Notes under the pieces: model-generated
What the model was told of the DNA's origin: nothing
What the model saw: the letters and a program-made list of their open reading frames with translations, nothing else
Database searches by the model: none
Shown: positions 1 through 9,966 of the stretch, one piece after another
Layout of the letters: each line of letters starts with the position of its first letter
Numbering within the stretch: the stretch's first letter is position 1
NCBI GenBank assembly: GCA_038874215.1
Contig: JAVZCV010000012.1
Span: forward strand, 1 to 35,276
Source of the DNA: Candidatus Micrarchaeia archaeon
GTDB lineage: Archaea > Micrarchaeota > Micrarchaeia > Burarchaeales > JAVZCV01
Reading direction: 5' to 3'
Length of the DNA stretch: 35,276 nucleotides
Translations under genes and position numbers: made by a program

Positions 1-1289
1 CAACAGGGGGGTACGAAAAAATAGCAGTAAAAACATTCGCAAAATTCTATTCTACGAAACCAGAAAATTTTGACGCTCTTCTACAAGAAGAAAAAGAGAG
101 GCTTCAATACCTGCTGCACACGTTCAGCAAGAGAGAGCTTCCAAAGAAAGAAATGATAGAGCAGCTCGTTCTCTCCTCAGATGCTTTCATAGTAGAAAGA
201 AAATCAACGAATTCAAAATCAATAATCGCAGGTTATCATTGGTTTGGAGACTGGGGCAGGGATACCCTCATATCACTTACGGGGCTTACTCTGGTTACAG
301 GAAGGTTTAACGATGCAAAGTCCATACTAAAAACCTTTGCAAGCTATATGAAAAACGGACTTGTTCCAAATACATTCCCCGAGCATGGTATTGAGCCAAT
401 ATACAACACTGCGGATGCATCTCTGCTCTTTTCACTGGCTTTATACGACTACTACCAATATACAAAAGACATCTCATTAATTCGTGAATTACTCCCAAAG
501 TTAGAGGAAGTTGTTGATTGCTACACGAACGGCACCGATTTCGGCATAGGCGTAGACAGCGATATGCTCGTCCGTCTTTCTAACCCCAATATCCAGCTTA
601 CATGGATGGATGCAAAAATAGGAGACCGCATCGTAACACCAAGGAATGGAAAACCAGTTGAGATAAATGCATTCTGGTATGCCACGCTAATGGTTTTGGG
701 CAAATTTTACGAAATTCTAAAAATACAAAAAGATGTTGAGGATAAAGCAGAAACGGTAAAGAGAAGCTTCCAAAAATTCTGGAACAGCGATGCAAACTAC
801 CTCTTTGATACAATAGACCCGCATGACCCATCAATAAGGCCGAATGCGCTCTTTGCCCTAAGCATCCCATTCAGGCTTCTTGACGAGGAAAAAGAAGCTA
901 AAATAATAGAGAAAGCATACGAGGAACTATACACTCCATACGGCATTCGGACTTTATCCCCAAAGGATCCAAGATATCATGGCTCATACACGGGCGATCC
1001 TGTTTCGCGGGATGAGGCATACCATCAGGGAACCGCATGGCCATATCTGCTCAGGCCTTTTATCACATCATACTGCAGAATAAGGCGTCTTACCCTTGCC
1101 GATGCTTTCAACAAATTTTTCATCCCCTTTGAGCAGCATTTAGCAGATGCAGGCGTAGGCTTTATATCCGAGATATTTGACGGCGATTCTCCTAATCCGC
1201 GTGGGTGCATAGCACAAGCTTGGAGTGTTGCTGAACTTTTACGCGCGTACGCAGAGATAGCAGGGTTATCCAATGAACATAGAGGATAG
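1..1289 (+). CDS. Amylo-alpha-1,6-glucosidase / glycogen debranching enzyme (GDE_C domain), 5'-truncated by the window
   Basis: Motifs AGYHWFGDWGRDTLISL, YNTADA, TWMDAK, TPRNGKPVEINA, YHQGTAWP, GCIAQAWS. The frame is open from position 3, so the ATG at 153 is probably internal. Confidence 0.92.
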   Translation, partial: TGGYEKIAVKTFAKFYSTKPENFDALLQEEKERLQYLLHTFSKRELPKKEMIEQLVLSSDAFIVERKSTNSKSIIAGYHWFGDWGRDTLISLTGLTLVTGRFNDAKSILKTFASYMKNGLVPNTFPEHGIEPIYNTADASLLFSLALYDYYQYTKDISLIRELLPKLEEVVDCYTNGTDFGIGVDSDMLVRLSNPNIQLTWMDAKIGDRIVTPRNGKPVEINAFWYATLMVLGKFYEILKIQKDVEDKAETVKRSFQKFWNSDANYLFDTIDPHDPSIRPNALFALSIPFRLLDEEKEAKIIEKAYEELYTPYGIRTLSPKDPRYHGSYTGDPVSRDEAYHQGTAWPYLLRPFITSYCRIRRLTLADAFNKFFIPFEQHLADAGVGFISEIFDGDSPNPRGCIAQAWSVAELLRAYAEIAGLSNEHRG

Positions 1290-3147
1290 ACGCATTCTAA
1301 TAGGGGGCATAATACTACGCCTTCTGCTTATACCTTTTGCAGCTCACGTAGACCAAATCGTACTTCTCTGGATGTTAAGCAAATCAGTAACGCAATTCAC
1401 CCTAAACCCATACGAATATCTCTACTCGCTTGGTCTACCCTATCTCTTTCCCTACCCGCCTATTTTCTACTTCATGATGTTGCCCTATTTTTATCTTCTT
1501 CACATAACTCATTTGATAGACTTAGAGATTGCCAATAGCCTCGTCAATCCTAATCTTCTGGCGCCAACATCGTGGGTTATAGATAGCAATATCTACCACA
1601 AAACCCCAATAAACACCTTCCTATTTTTCTCAAAGCTTCCTTACCTTGCATTTGATTTGGCAAGCGCCCTTATACTCCTAAAAATTGATAGGCGCTTATT
1701 CAATTTCTGGATTTTCTGCCCAATAACAATCTACACCTCCTACATCTGGGGTCAATTTGACATCCTTCCTATATTCTTTGTAGTTCTTGCTCTATATTTT
1801 GCGAATCGTTTTTTTGAAGGAAATAACGATAGATACGCAAATCTTTCTATGCTTTCATTAGGGGTTGGCGCAGGAGCGAAAATTTTCCCGCTTTTTTTTA
1901 TCCCATTCTTCGCAGTCATGATGGGAAAAAGGAGTCCTCCACGAATCCTTTTTCTTGCCTTTATTGGTTTCATGCCCTTCTGCATTTCATGTTTGCCTTT
2001 CATTTCATCAGATGCTTTCATTCGGGCTCTTCTAAAGAATGAGAACTTCAAATTTACTGAACGAATAATAAATACGTACAATCTCCCACTTTTTCCAGCT
2101 TCTCTCTCCCTGCTACTCTTAATTTCTTTCCTATCCTCCCCCTCATTCAAAAAAATACTACAATACTGTTTCCTTACGCTCTCTTTCTTCTACATATTTG
2201 TTTATTGGCACCCACAATGGTTTACATGGATCATGCCTTTCATGGCATTTTTAGTCACAGAATATAAAGCCTACTCATTGCCATACATATTCTGCGTAGT
2301 CCTATGGCTGTTTTATTTGCTATTGTATGGTTATGGCCCCTATTTCTTTTCGCCGCTTATACCCCCCCTTGCAAGTTCCGCCAATATTCTTGCCCTCCTC
2401 CCCTCACTTATCACCTACTACTATTATATTCTAAACATATTACTTGCGTTTGTTCTCCTTTTTGGTGCTTACCTGTTCATTAAGAAAGAAAATAAAGCGC
2501 CAATCAGTGATAAAACTTATACACTGATACCCCTCATCATTTCCATACTGTTCCTCCTGCTCCCACTCATAACTACTCCCATGTACTTTCTGACGATGGG
2601 AATACGCGAAATACAGGTACCCATGGGCGAGACCATCATATCAAATGCCTCTCAATCCTTTGTTTCACACAACAACGGTCTCAGTAGAATACGTGTTAAG
2701 CCAGCGGGCGACTACACAAACGCATGTCTCTACCTTTTTGATGGACAATCTGGTAAAGAAATTAGAGCCTCCTGCATTAACTCTACAAAACACAAGATAT
2801 TATTTTTTGAAATAAACCCGCTTAGCTTAGAGGGCCTCCTCTCTTTTTTCTTTGAACCAATACAAGACTCAAAAGACAAAGAGTACCTATTTAGAGTTGA
2901 AGGTACATCCATCTACTACTCACAGAAGGACCTTTATGCAGAGGGAACTGCGTATCGTGATGGACAAAAAATTGCAGGTGATACACATTTTGAGACTTAT
3001 TACATCCCCACATTGATAGACCTTGTACTCAACATTCTCAAAAGCATCTTGGGAAAAATTGGAATGCAAAAAGCATTCTTCTTATCCTACTTTGTATTAC
3101 TGCTTATCATGCTCTGGGAGTTATTACGCACATTTAAATATAAATAA
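1273..3147 (+). CDS. Multi-pass membrane protein, putative GT-C fold glycosyltransferase (GT87/mannosyltransferase-like) with a soluble C-terminal domain
   Basis: Many hydrophobic helices. Motifs FPYPP, KLPYLAFD, WGQFD, AKIFP and HPQWFTW resemble polyprenol-P-sugar-dependent transferases. Confidence 0.65.
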   Translation: MNIEDRRILIGGIILRLLLIPFAAHVDQIVLLWMLSKSVTQFTLNPYEYLYSLGLPYLFPYPPIFYFMMLPYFYLLHITHLIDLEIANSLVNPNLLAPTSWVIDSNIYHKTPINTFLFFSKLPYLAFDLASALILLKIDRRLFNFWIFCPITIYTSYIWGQFDILPIFFVVLALYFANRFFEGNNDRYANLSMLSLGVGAGAKIFPLFFIPFFAVMMGKRSPPRILFLAFIGFMPFCISCLPFISSDAFIRALLKNENFKFTERIINTYNLPLFPASLSLLLLISFLSSPSFKKILQYCFLTLSFFYIFVYWHPQWFTWIMPFMAFLVTEYKAYSLPYIFCVVLWLFYLLLYGYGPYFFSPLIPPLASSANILALLPSLITYYYYILNILLAFVLLFGAYLFIKKENKAPISDKTYTLIPLIISILFLLLPLITTPMYFLTMGIREIQVPMGETIISNASQSFVSHNNGLSRIRVKPAGDYTNACLYLFDGQSGKEIRASCINSTKHKILFFEINPLSLEGLLSFFFEPIQDSKDKEYLFRVEGTSIYYSQKDLYAEGTAYRDGQKIAGDTHFETYYIPTLIDLVLNILKSILGKIGMQKAFFLSYFVLLLIMLWELLRTFKYK

Positions 3148-4529
3148 ACCTCCAATGGGTATATCTGCTCTTTCTTTATAAGCCTACAATTAGTATCAAA
3201 AAAATTTATTACCTCTGCGGGGACTTCCGACCAAGATAACCTAACAAACCACACGCGTTCATTATTGTACACGCATCTTTCCAATTCTCTCCAACCGCTC
3301 TTCCAATCAAGACGACAGGACGTTACATTAACATCAGAGTAATACCAAAAAATATCTACGAAGTACGGATAGAATACAACAATGTCCTCCTTCTGGTAAT
3401 TCATATCCAAATATTTTACTGCAGGATGCTTGCCATCGTAATACCTCGCCCCATAGTAATATTTCAACATAACAAAAAACACAAGCATAAATACAAGAGC
3501 TACGAGTATCCTCGTCCTCCAACAAGTCTTTACAAATCTATTCGCTAAAGATATGTACAAAGCAGGCACAATCGTTATGAAATAGCGATTTACCGATACC
3601 AGATGCATTTTTTTTGTAGAAACCCCAAGCATAAAAATTACAACCCACAAGAGACATAATTGCATTAGTATGCAATAAGCTAGAAACAACCCCTTTTTGT
3701 CTGTTTTGAATAGAGCAGGGATCGCAATAGCGATTGATACAGCACCTAGCGCAACCTGCAAAAAGAAAGCAGAAGGGTGCGTTACATTGCCTAATATCAG
3801 CTGTCCCAAAACCACGAATGGTGAATACAGATAAAAAATCAATGGCTGTCCAGCCATAAACCTTTGGTATACTCTAAATTCCCCAGAAAAACAAACGTAT
3901 AGCTGGCCCATTATATGCCCAATCTCCAATACAACTGGCAAAATCGCAATTGCGAAAAAAAACCACCTGGCTTTCAAAATACTGCGATTATTTGTATAAA
4001 GCCAAATGACTTTAACAATAAGTAGTGGAAACGTCAAGTAATGCGTGTACATTAGAGCAAACATTGAAATACTCCACAAAAACCAAACTTTCGCGTCGTT
4101 TTCCTCCACACCTCTGATAAAAAAATAAATTGCAATTATCTCTATCAATAAGGTCATGGCATACATCGTTGCGTTTTGAGAATAATAAACAGCAAACGGA
4201 GAAAACGTCATGAGAATGGAAGCGACAATCCCTGTTTTTTCATCAAACATTCTCTTACCAAGAAAATACATAAAAATTATGCCCAATACTCCAAAAATAA
4301 ACGAGGGTAATCTTGCCCCATACGGAGTTTCGCCAAAAAGCCCAACAAAAGAATCATTAATAAAATAATACAGTGGTGGGTGTGGGCGATCCAAAAATTT
4401 CCTTACCTGCTTAAGAGATGCTATCTCATCAAATTCAAACGCAGAATCAAGCTTATAAAGTCGTAGAAGCACACCGCACAAGAGTAAACCAATAATCACA
4501 AACGTGCATCTCTCTTTCACGCTTTCCAA
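3087..4529 (-). CDS. GT39/ArnT/PMT-like membrane glycosyltransferase
   Basis: LRLYKL...FDE, HPPLYY, ARLPS, SPFAVYYSQNATMY, YTHY, RY motifs; TTG start. Confidence 0.85.
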   Translation of the reverse strand: MESVKERCTFVIIGLLLCGVLLRLYKLDSAFEFDEIASLKQVRKFLDRPHPPLYYFINDSFVGLFGETPYGARLPSFIFGVLGIIFMYFLGKRMFDEKTGIVASILMTFSPFAVYYSQNATMYAMTLLIEIIAIYFFIRGVEENDAKVWFLWSISMFALMYTHYLTFPLLIVKVIWLYTNNRSILKARWFFFAIAILPVVLEIGHIMGQLYVCFSGEFRVYQRFMAGQPLIFYLYSPFVVLGQLILGNVTHPSAFFLQVALGAVSIAIAIPALFKTDKKGLFLAYCILMQLCLLWVVIFMLGVSTKKMHLVSVNRYFITIVPALYISLANRFVKTCWRTRILVALVFMLVFFVMLKYYYGARYYDGKHPAVKYLDMNYQKEDIVVFYPYFVDIFWYYSDVNVTSCRLDWKSGWRELERCVYNNERVWFVRLSWSEVPAEVINFFDTNCRLIKKEQIYPLEVYLYLNVRNNSQSMISSNTK

Positions 4530-4575
4530 GGTATGTGCCTCAACTTTAATATATGTTTATTCTAATCCTATTACC

Positions 4576-5529
4576 GTGGCATACAACAACTTGCGCGCTG
4601 GTAAAAAAATAGCAGTTGTCATACCAGCATTTAACGAGGAGAACACAATCGCCAGCGTTATATCCCAGGTTCCTCGTTCTATCCAAGGCATAACGAGTGT
4701 TGAAGTCATAGTTATTGACGATGGTTCTACAGATTCAACAGCAAAAAAAGCGAAGGATGCAGGTGCCGATATCATAGTCACCCATAAAAAAAGGAAGGGG
4801 CTTGCTGCTTCTTTTTCTGATGGTATAGAAAAGGCACTAGATGAAGATTCAGACATAATAGTTAATATAGACGCGGATGCTCAATACGACCCCTCAGAAA
4901 TACCAAAATTAATCCAACCCATAATATCTGGCGAGGCCGATGTCGTTCTTGGCGTGCGTTCTGGCGAAGGCATCACCCATATGCCTCTGAGCAAAAAAAT
5001 AGGAAACAAGATTGCCACAGCAGTCATTTCCCTTCTATGCCAACATAGAATACGGGACGCCCAAACTGGTTTCAGAGCTTTTTCAAAGGAAGCGGCAACG
5101 ATGCTTAACATCCTATCTGATTTTACATACACTCACGAGATGTTGATCATCCTAATAAAGAAAAAGATGAAAATACTTGAATTGGACATAAACTTCAAGC
5201 CAAGGCAAGGCAAATCCCGCTTAGTCGAAAGCGTTTTTGATTACGCTTTACGGGCAGGCGTCACCATCCTAAGGACATACATGTTTTACCACCCTCTTCG
5301 CTTATTCCTTGTCCTAGGTTGCCTATTCTTTGCTTTTGCCGCCATCACTCCCCTATTACTTTTATATCAGCAACCAAAAATCACGGAATTGTTAATTTAT
5401 TTGGTGCTAATGGCGATGCTTGTGGGAGCAGGCTTAGAGATAATTGCCATAGGAATTTTGGCGGATATGATACGTTACGAAAGAGAACTTTTAGACAAAA
5501 TAATACGCATGATGAGAAAAAACGAATAG
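4576..5529 (+). CDS. GT2 glycosyltransferase (dolichol-phosphate sugar synthase-like) with two C-terminal TM helices
   Basis: VIPAFNEE, IDDGSTD, DADAQY, DAQTGFRAF, RQGKSRL. A GTG start at 4576 is more plausible than 4504, which overlaps the divergent gene. Confidence 0.9.
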   Translation: MAYNNLRAGKKIAVVIPAFNEENTIASVISQVPRSIQGITSVEVIVIDDGSTDSTAKKAKDAGADIIVTHKKRKGLAASFSDGIEKALDEDSDIIVNIDADAQYDPSEIPKLIQPIISGEADVVLGVRSGEGITHMPLSKKIGNKIATAVISLLCQHRIRDAQTGFRAFSKEAATMLNILSDFTYTHEMLIILIKKKMKILELDINFKPRQGKSRLVESVFDYALRAGVTILRTYMFYHPLRLFLVLGCLFFAFAAITPLLLLYQQPKITELLIYLVLMAMLVGAGLEIIAIGILADMIRYERELLDKIIRMMRKNE

Positions 5530-5540
5530 GAGTGTTAAAA

Positions 5541-6618
5541 ATGCGAATATGTTTCATATGCGGTCGTGAGCCAGAATACTCTCGGAATGCTGTTTTTATC
5601 AAAGGTTTAAAAAAAAAATGGTGTTGTGGTAACTCAGTGCACCAGTAGCAATTCTTCATTCCTATTGCGAAATCTGTCAGCATTTTCAAAATTCCTTCTA
5701 TCCAGGGATTATGATGCAGTCTTTGTAGGTTTTATCGGTCATCATTTGGTACCCGTAATACGAAAATTGTCAAATAAGCCAATACTGTTTGATGCATACC
5801 TATCTGTTTACGACACGATGATATTTGATAGAGGTTTGGCAAGCCCTAATTCATTTGTTGCTAAAGGCGCTCGTTTTATAGACCACTGGGCTTGCAATTC
5901 TTCACACCACATCGTTGTGCATACACATGAACAGTTAAAATTCTTCACCAAAGAATTCGGGTTAAGCGAAAAAAAATTCTCAGTCATTCCATCGGGCGCA
6001 GACGATACCGTTTTTTACCCGCGCAAAAAAGCCCAACACGAAAAATTCCGCATCCTTTTCTATGGTTCTTTTGTTCCTGTGCAGGGCACAGAGTATATAG
6101 TTCGCGCTGCGAAAGTCCTTGCGGAAAGAGGATATCACGAATTAGAGTTTCGGATGATAGGTGATGGCATAATGCGAGATACTTGCATTCGTCTGGCAAA
6201 AAAGCTTTGCTTAACGAATGTACGTTTTTTAGGTCGTGTGAGTGATAGCGAACTTGTCCAAGAAATCGCCGAGGCAGACATCTGTCTGGCCGGGCATTTT
6301 GGTTCTTCTATGAAGGCATTACGTGAAGTACCAGGAAAAACATTCCAAATGCTTGCGATGAAAAAACCAACTATCGTCAGCGATTCCCCCGCATCAAGGG
6401 AATTTTTTGAAGATGGCAAGAACACAGTGTTCTCAAAAGTTGCAGATGAAAATGCTATTGCGGAATGTATACGTATGCTATTTGAAAGCGAAAAAAAAAG
6501 GCAAGAAATAGCGTGTGCAGGTTTCAATTTGTTCAAGAAAAGATTTACTCCCCAGGTGATAGGGCAGGAGCTTGCCAAGGTTATCGGCGTGCTCATATCT
6601 TCACGTGGCTACAATTGA
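5541..6618 (+). pseudogene. GT4 glycosyltransferase interrupted by a +1 frameshift in an A10 run (5609-5618)
   Basis: ATG 5541 with upstream AGGAGTG gives MRICFICGREPEYSRNAVFIKGLKK. The GT4 body (FYGSFVPVQG, IGDG, VPGKTFQMLAMKKP) continues in the +1 frame. Removing one A gives a continuous ~358-aa protein (..GLKKNGVVVTQC..). Confidence 0.8.
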
Positions 6619-8018
6619 TCCCAGAAATTTAAAGCCAAAATGATAGCTTCATACGGGTCAAGGCAGAGTGACATAATCCGAGGAATACCATTATTCAAGT
6701 AATACATCATCTTGAACAACGGATTCGGAGGCAGCCTAATAAGCAGTTTGACGATCGGGAATATAAAGGGAAACTTTACTACAGGATAGAGAAATACTGC
6801 TAGATTTGTAATTCTATCTATGTTTTCCTGCTTTATTCTTGTTCTACCGCCGTAAAAATCAATGCAGTCCGCGTCATATTCGGGGTCAAGAGCATTCCCC
6901 CTAACGGCAATTTCATAGATATCGGTTCCTGGGAATGGTTGGAGGACTGAACACGAGGTATAGTCTACCCCTAGCTTAATGTTCATATCTATAGTTTTAT
7001 ACGCTTCTTCAAGCGTCTCCGTAGGTGTCCCAAATATGTTGTATGTGAGAAATTTGATTCCATATTTTTTTAAAAGCCTCCCACATGCAAATATTTGTTC
7101 ATCGCTTATTCCGCGTTTCATTATCTCATTTCTAACCCGTTCACTTCCCGACTCAACACCGATGCAAAGTAGATTACAACCTCCTTCCTTAAGCAATTTT
7201 ACCACACTTTCGTTAATCTCATTGGGTCTTCCAAGGCACGTGAATGGGAGACCTATTCTATCCTTATACAACCGAATGAATTTTTCTAGCCATTCATGAT
7301 CAAGTGTCATTGTGTCATCTGGAAAACGCACTATTTTGAAGGGATACTCCCTCCTTACCTCCTCTATCTCCTCTATTACATTTTCTGGGCTTCTCCTCCT
7401 TACATACTTGCCTTTACCAGCGTAAATGCGCCTGTATGCGTGGTTAAAACAGTATGTACACCTATATGGGCATCCTCTTGATGTCAGGAAACGCTTTACA
7501 GGTATATCCCTGAGAATTCGGTATCTCCCATAATACAGTTCTCGGTCTGGCACAGGCAGTTCGTCAAGATTTTCTATGAGGGGCCGTACTTCGTTCCTAT
7601 ATATCCTACCATTATGTTTAATATGTATGTTGGGGATATTCTCAATCCCGCTATTTCTTTCCAAAGCATCAGCGACATCCCTCATCGCATACTCTCCTTC
7701 TCCAATACATATCATATCCACGTTTGGGTCTTCCAAGATTTTTGGATAAAAAGTTGGATGAGGGCCACCCACCACAACAGGCACCCCTATCCTATCTTTT
7801 ATCTCTTTAATTATCAGCTTGTAGCTTTTCCAATGCGGAGTTGTAGTAGAGATTGCAACTATGTCTGGATTCAAATATTGAACCCTCTCAATCCAGTTTT
7901 TTTCATTCTTAGTTAATACCATGCTACATTTATGCCCTGATGTTTTGAGTACAGCAGAGATATATTCTGGCCCAAGCGCCTCCCAGAGATAATTCTGCAC
8001 AAAAACAACATGGGTCAT
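6609..8018 (-). CDS. Cobalamin-binding radical SAM protein (class B methyltransferase-like)
   Basis: N-terminal B12-binding domain (GGPHPT, GEGE), TSRGCPYRCTYC (CxxxCxxC), GVESGS, PFPGT. Confidence 0.92.
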   Translation of the reverse strand: MTHVVFVQNYLWEALGPEYISAVLKTSGHKCSMVLTKNEKNWIERVQYLNPDIVAISTTTPHWKSYKLIIKEIKDRIGVPVVVGGPHPTFYPKILEDPNVDMICIGEGEYAMRDVADALERNSGIENIPNIHIKHNGRIYRNEVRPLIENLDELPVPDRELYYGRYRILRDIPVKRFLTSRGCPYRCTYCFNHAYRRIYAGKGKYVRRRSPENVIEEIEEVRREYPFKIVRFPDDTMTLDHEWLEKFIRLYKDRIGLPFTCLGRPNEINESVVKLLKEGGCNLLCIGVESGSERVRNEIMKRGISDEQIFACGRLLKKYGIKFLTYNIFGTPTETLEEAYKTIDMNIKLGVDYTSCSVLQPFPGTDIYEIAVRGNALDPEYDADCIDFYGGRTRIKQENIDRITNLAVFLYPVVKFPFIFPIVKLLIRLPPNPLFKMMYYLNNGIPRIMSLCLDPYEAIILALNFWDQL

Positions 8019-8113
8019 GAATGTCGCCCCTCCGCGTTCAACAACATGGACAAACCTTATTAAATATTATACATATGATAAAACTATCCCTCAGATTTTT
8101 ATCGGGTGGTTGC

Positions 8114-8503
8114 TTGACAAAAACATTTGCAACGCTGAAAGACCTTAAAGTTGGAAAACACGTAATCATAGACGATGAACCCTGTAGGATAGTTGAAGTG
8201 CAGACTTCTGCACCCGGGAAGCATGGCGCAGCCAAAATGCGAGTTGCGGCAATAGGCATTTTCACAAACTCAAAGAAAACCCTGCTTAAGCCCGCCGATG
8301 CAGAAGTTGAAGTCCCGATAATTGAGAGAAAAACAGGGCAGATAGTTTCAGTCCAGGGCGAAAGTGCCCAAATAATGGATTTGCAAACCTATGAGACATT
8401 TGAAATTACAATGCCAGAGGAGCTGAGAGCGGGCGCCGAGGCTGGAAAAGAAGTCGAGTACATTGAGACGATGGGACGCAGAATGATAACGAGGATAAGA
8501 TAG
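8114..8503 (+). CDS. eif5a: Translation factor aIF-5A
   Basis: Hypusine motif GKHGAAK, QIMDLQTYETFE. TTG start at 8114 after GGTGG. Confidence 0.95.
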   Translation: MTKTFATLKDLKVGKHVIIDDEPCRIVEVQTSAPGKHGAAKMRVAAIGIFTNSKKTLLKPADAEVEVPIIERKTGQIVSVQGESAQIMDLQTYETFEITMPEELRAGAEAGKEVEYIETMGRRMITRIR

Positions 8504-8511
8504 GTGGTTCA

Positions 8512-8838
8512 TTGACCAACTTTGATCTGCAAATAGAAAGCGAAAAGTTAAACCCGCTTTTGAGGAGGAGAGAAATATCCTTCTCAATTTCTTTTGATGC
8601 CGCAACTCCCTCTCGTAAGGATATTCTGGCTCTTCTTTGCTCAAAGATGAACTTAGACCCAAAGCTCGTTGTTATAGACAAGCTTGACCAAGAATACGGC
8701 ATGAAGAAACTGAAAGGCTATGCCAAGGCATACGCTGACGAGAAGTCCATGAAATTAGAGAAGAGATACAAAATTGCCAGAACTTTAGGAAAAGAAAAGC
8801 CTGAAAAAAATGAAGAAAAGAAACCAGAAAGGGAATGA
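8512..8838 (+). CDS. rps24e: 30S ribosomal protein S24e
   Basis: NPLLRRREI, ATPSRKD, GYAKAY; TTG start after AGGTGG. Confidence 0.93.
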   Translation: MTNFDLQIESEKLNPLLRRREISFSISFDAATPSRKDILALLCSKMNLDPKLVVIDKLDQEYGMKKLKGYAKAYADEKSMKLEKRYKIARTLGKEKPEKNEEKKPERE

Positions 8839-8850
8839 GTGGTGTTGGAA

Positions 8851-9003
8851 ATGGCAGATGAAAAAGGTAGCAAAAAAGAAAAGAAAATTGCCCCATACAA
8901 GAAAAGGCGCTCATGTCCGAAATGCGGTGCGGGCGTGCGTCTCGCAGAACATGAAGACAGGTTTTCGTGCGGTAAATGTGGCTATACTGAGAAAAAAAGG
9001 TGA
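8851..9003 (+). CDS. rps27ae: 30S ribosomal protein S27ae (eS31), 50 aa, not in the ORF track
   Basis: Manual translation [55 protein letters not shown]...CGKCGYT zinc ribbon; follows rps24e as in the conserved archaeal order. Confidence 0.95.
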   Translation: MADEKGSKKEKKIAPYKKRRSCPKCGAGVRLAEHEDRFSCGKCGYTEKKR

Positions 9004-9006
9004 AAA

Positions 9007-9966
9007 ATGCTACTTGAATCAGCGTTCATTCTACTACTTCTTTCATTATTATCAAAAAAACCTTCCCTCTTTTTAGATTTTAGGGGATTTGTTTGCGCTA
9101 TCATGCTCTCTTCTCTATATTTCTTCTCATCTTTTATGTTAGGCTTTTCAGATTTACCAAAAGCCCCTCATCATCTTGTCATTCTTTTCTATTTTGCAAG
9201 AGAACTTTTTTTCAGGCATGCACTTCTTGAGATTGGAATCTTCGCTTCCGCACTCCTCTATGCCCTACCCATTCCTTTGCTGTTTGCAAAAGATTTTTCA
9301 TCATATTTGCTCCTGTTCTTCTTTTTTCTTGCAACCGGTCTTGCTCTATCTTTTTTTGCAAAAAAGCACGGACTTCTCACAGCGTTTATCGCATCCACGC
9401 TCTCATATATATTCTATTTAGGTTATCTCAACTCTCCGTTCTTCTCATCAGTTATACTCGCCCTACTGCTCCTTTCTCTACCACTATATATCACAATTGA
9501 CAAAAACGAGGGCTTAGAAAAGCTTGGGTTGACTTCCAGAGGTTTTCTAAAGAACGCACTAATAGGGATTTGCTCTGGCGTAGGGATACTACTCATAACT
9601 TCTTTGCTTCTTTTTATATTCTCATATTTCGGAGTTGGGGATACAGAGAAGGTCGCACGCAAAATCGCATCTGCACCTCCATACATTGTTTTGGTTGGCG
9701 TAATCATAGCCCCCATATCCGAGGAAGTATTTTTCAGGGGCTTTCTCATGCCAATTCTCGGAGTTTTCCTCTCTAGTCTCATATTCGCAATAGCACATAT
9801 TCAATACGGCTCTGTTGGGGAGATTGTCGGCGCGTTTGCTATCGGCCTCTTGCTTTGTTATTTATATAAAAAGACTGGAAGCATAATCGCCCCGATATTT
9901 GCCCACGCAACCATAAACACAGTATCTTTTGTTGCGTTGTATCTATCAAAAACCGTGGTTTTATGA
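9007..9966 (+). CDS. CPBP (Abi/CAAX type II) intramembrane metalloprotease with a degenerate N-terminal repeat
   Basis: C-terminal motifs EEVFFRG, FAIAH, HATIN; multi-TM. Confidence 0.85.
   Translation: MLLESAFILLLLSLLSKKPSLFLDFRGFVCAIMLSSLYFFSSFMLGFSDLPKAPHHLVILFYFARELFFRHALLEIGIFASALLYALPIPLLFAKDFSSYLLLFFFFLATGLALSFFAKKHGLLTAFIASTLSYIFYLGYLNSPFFSSVILALLLLSLPLYITIDKNEGLEKLGLTSRGFLKNALIGICSGVGILLITSLLLFIFSYFGVGDTEKVARKIASAPPYIVLVGVIIAPISEEVFFRGFLMPILGVFLSSLIFAIAHIQYGSVGEIVGAFAIGLLLCYLYKKTGSIIAPIFAHATINTVSFVALYLSKTVVL

Noticed and set aside
5606-5612. Programmed -1 ribosomal frameshift at T-TTA-AAA
   Set aside because: The frame correction required is +1 (or -2), not -1; slippage in the A run or a sequencing error is more parsimonious.
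8021-8113. N-terminal extension of aIF-5A
   Set aside because: Spans the divergent promoter; TTG 8114 with a SD gives the normal ~130-aa length.
8810-9076. 88-aa ORF in the track
   Set aside because: Wrong-frame shadow of rps27ae (8851-9003).
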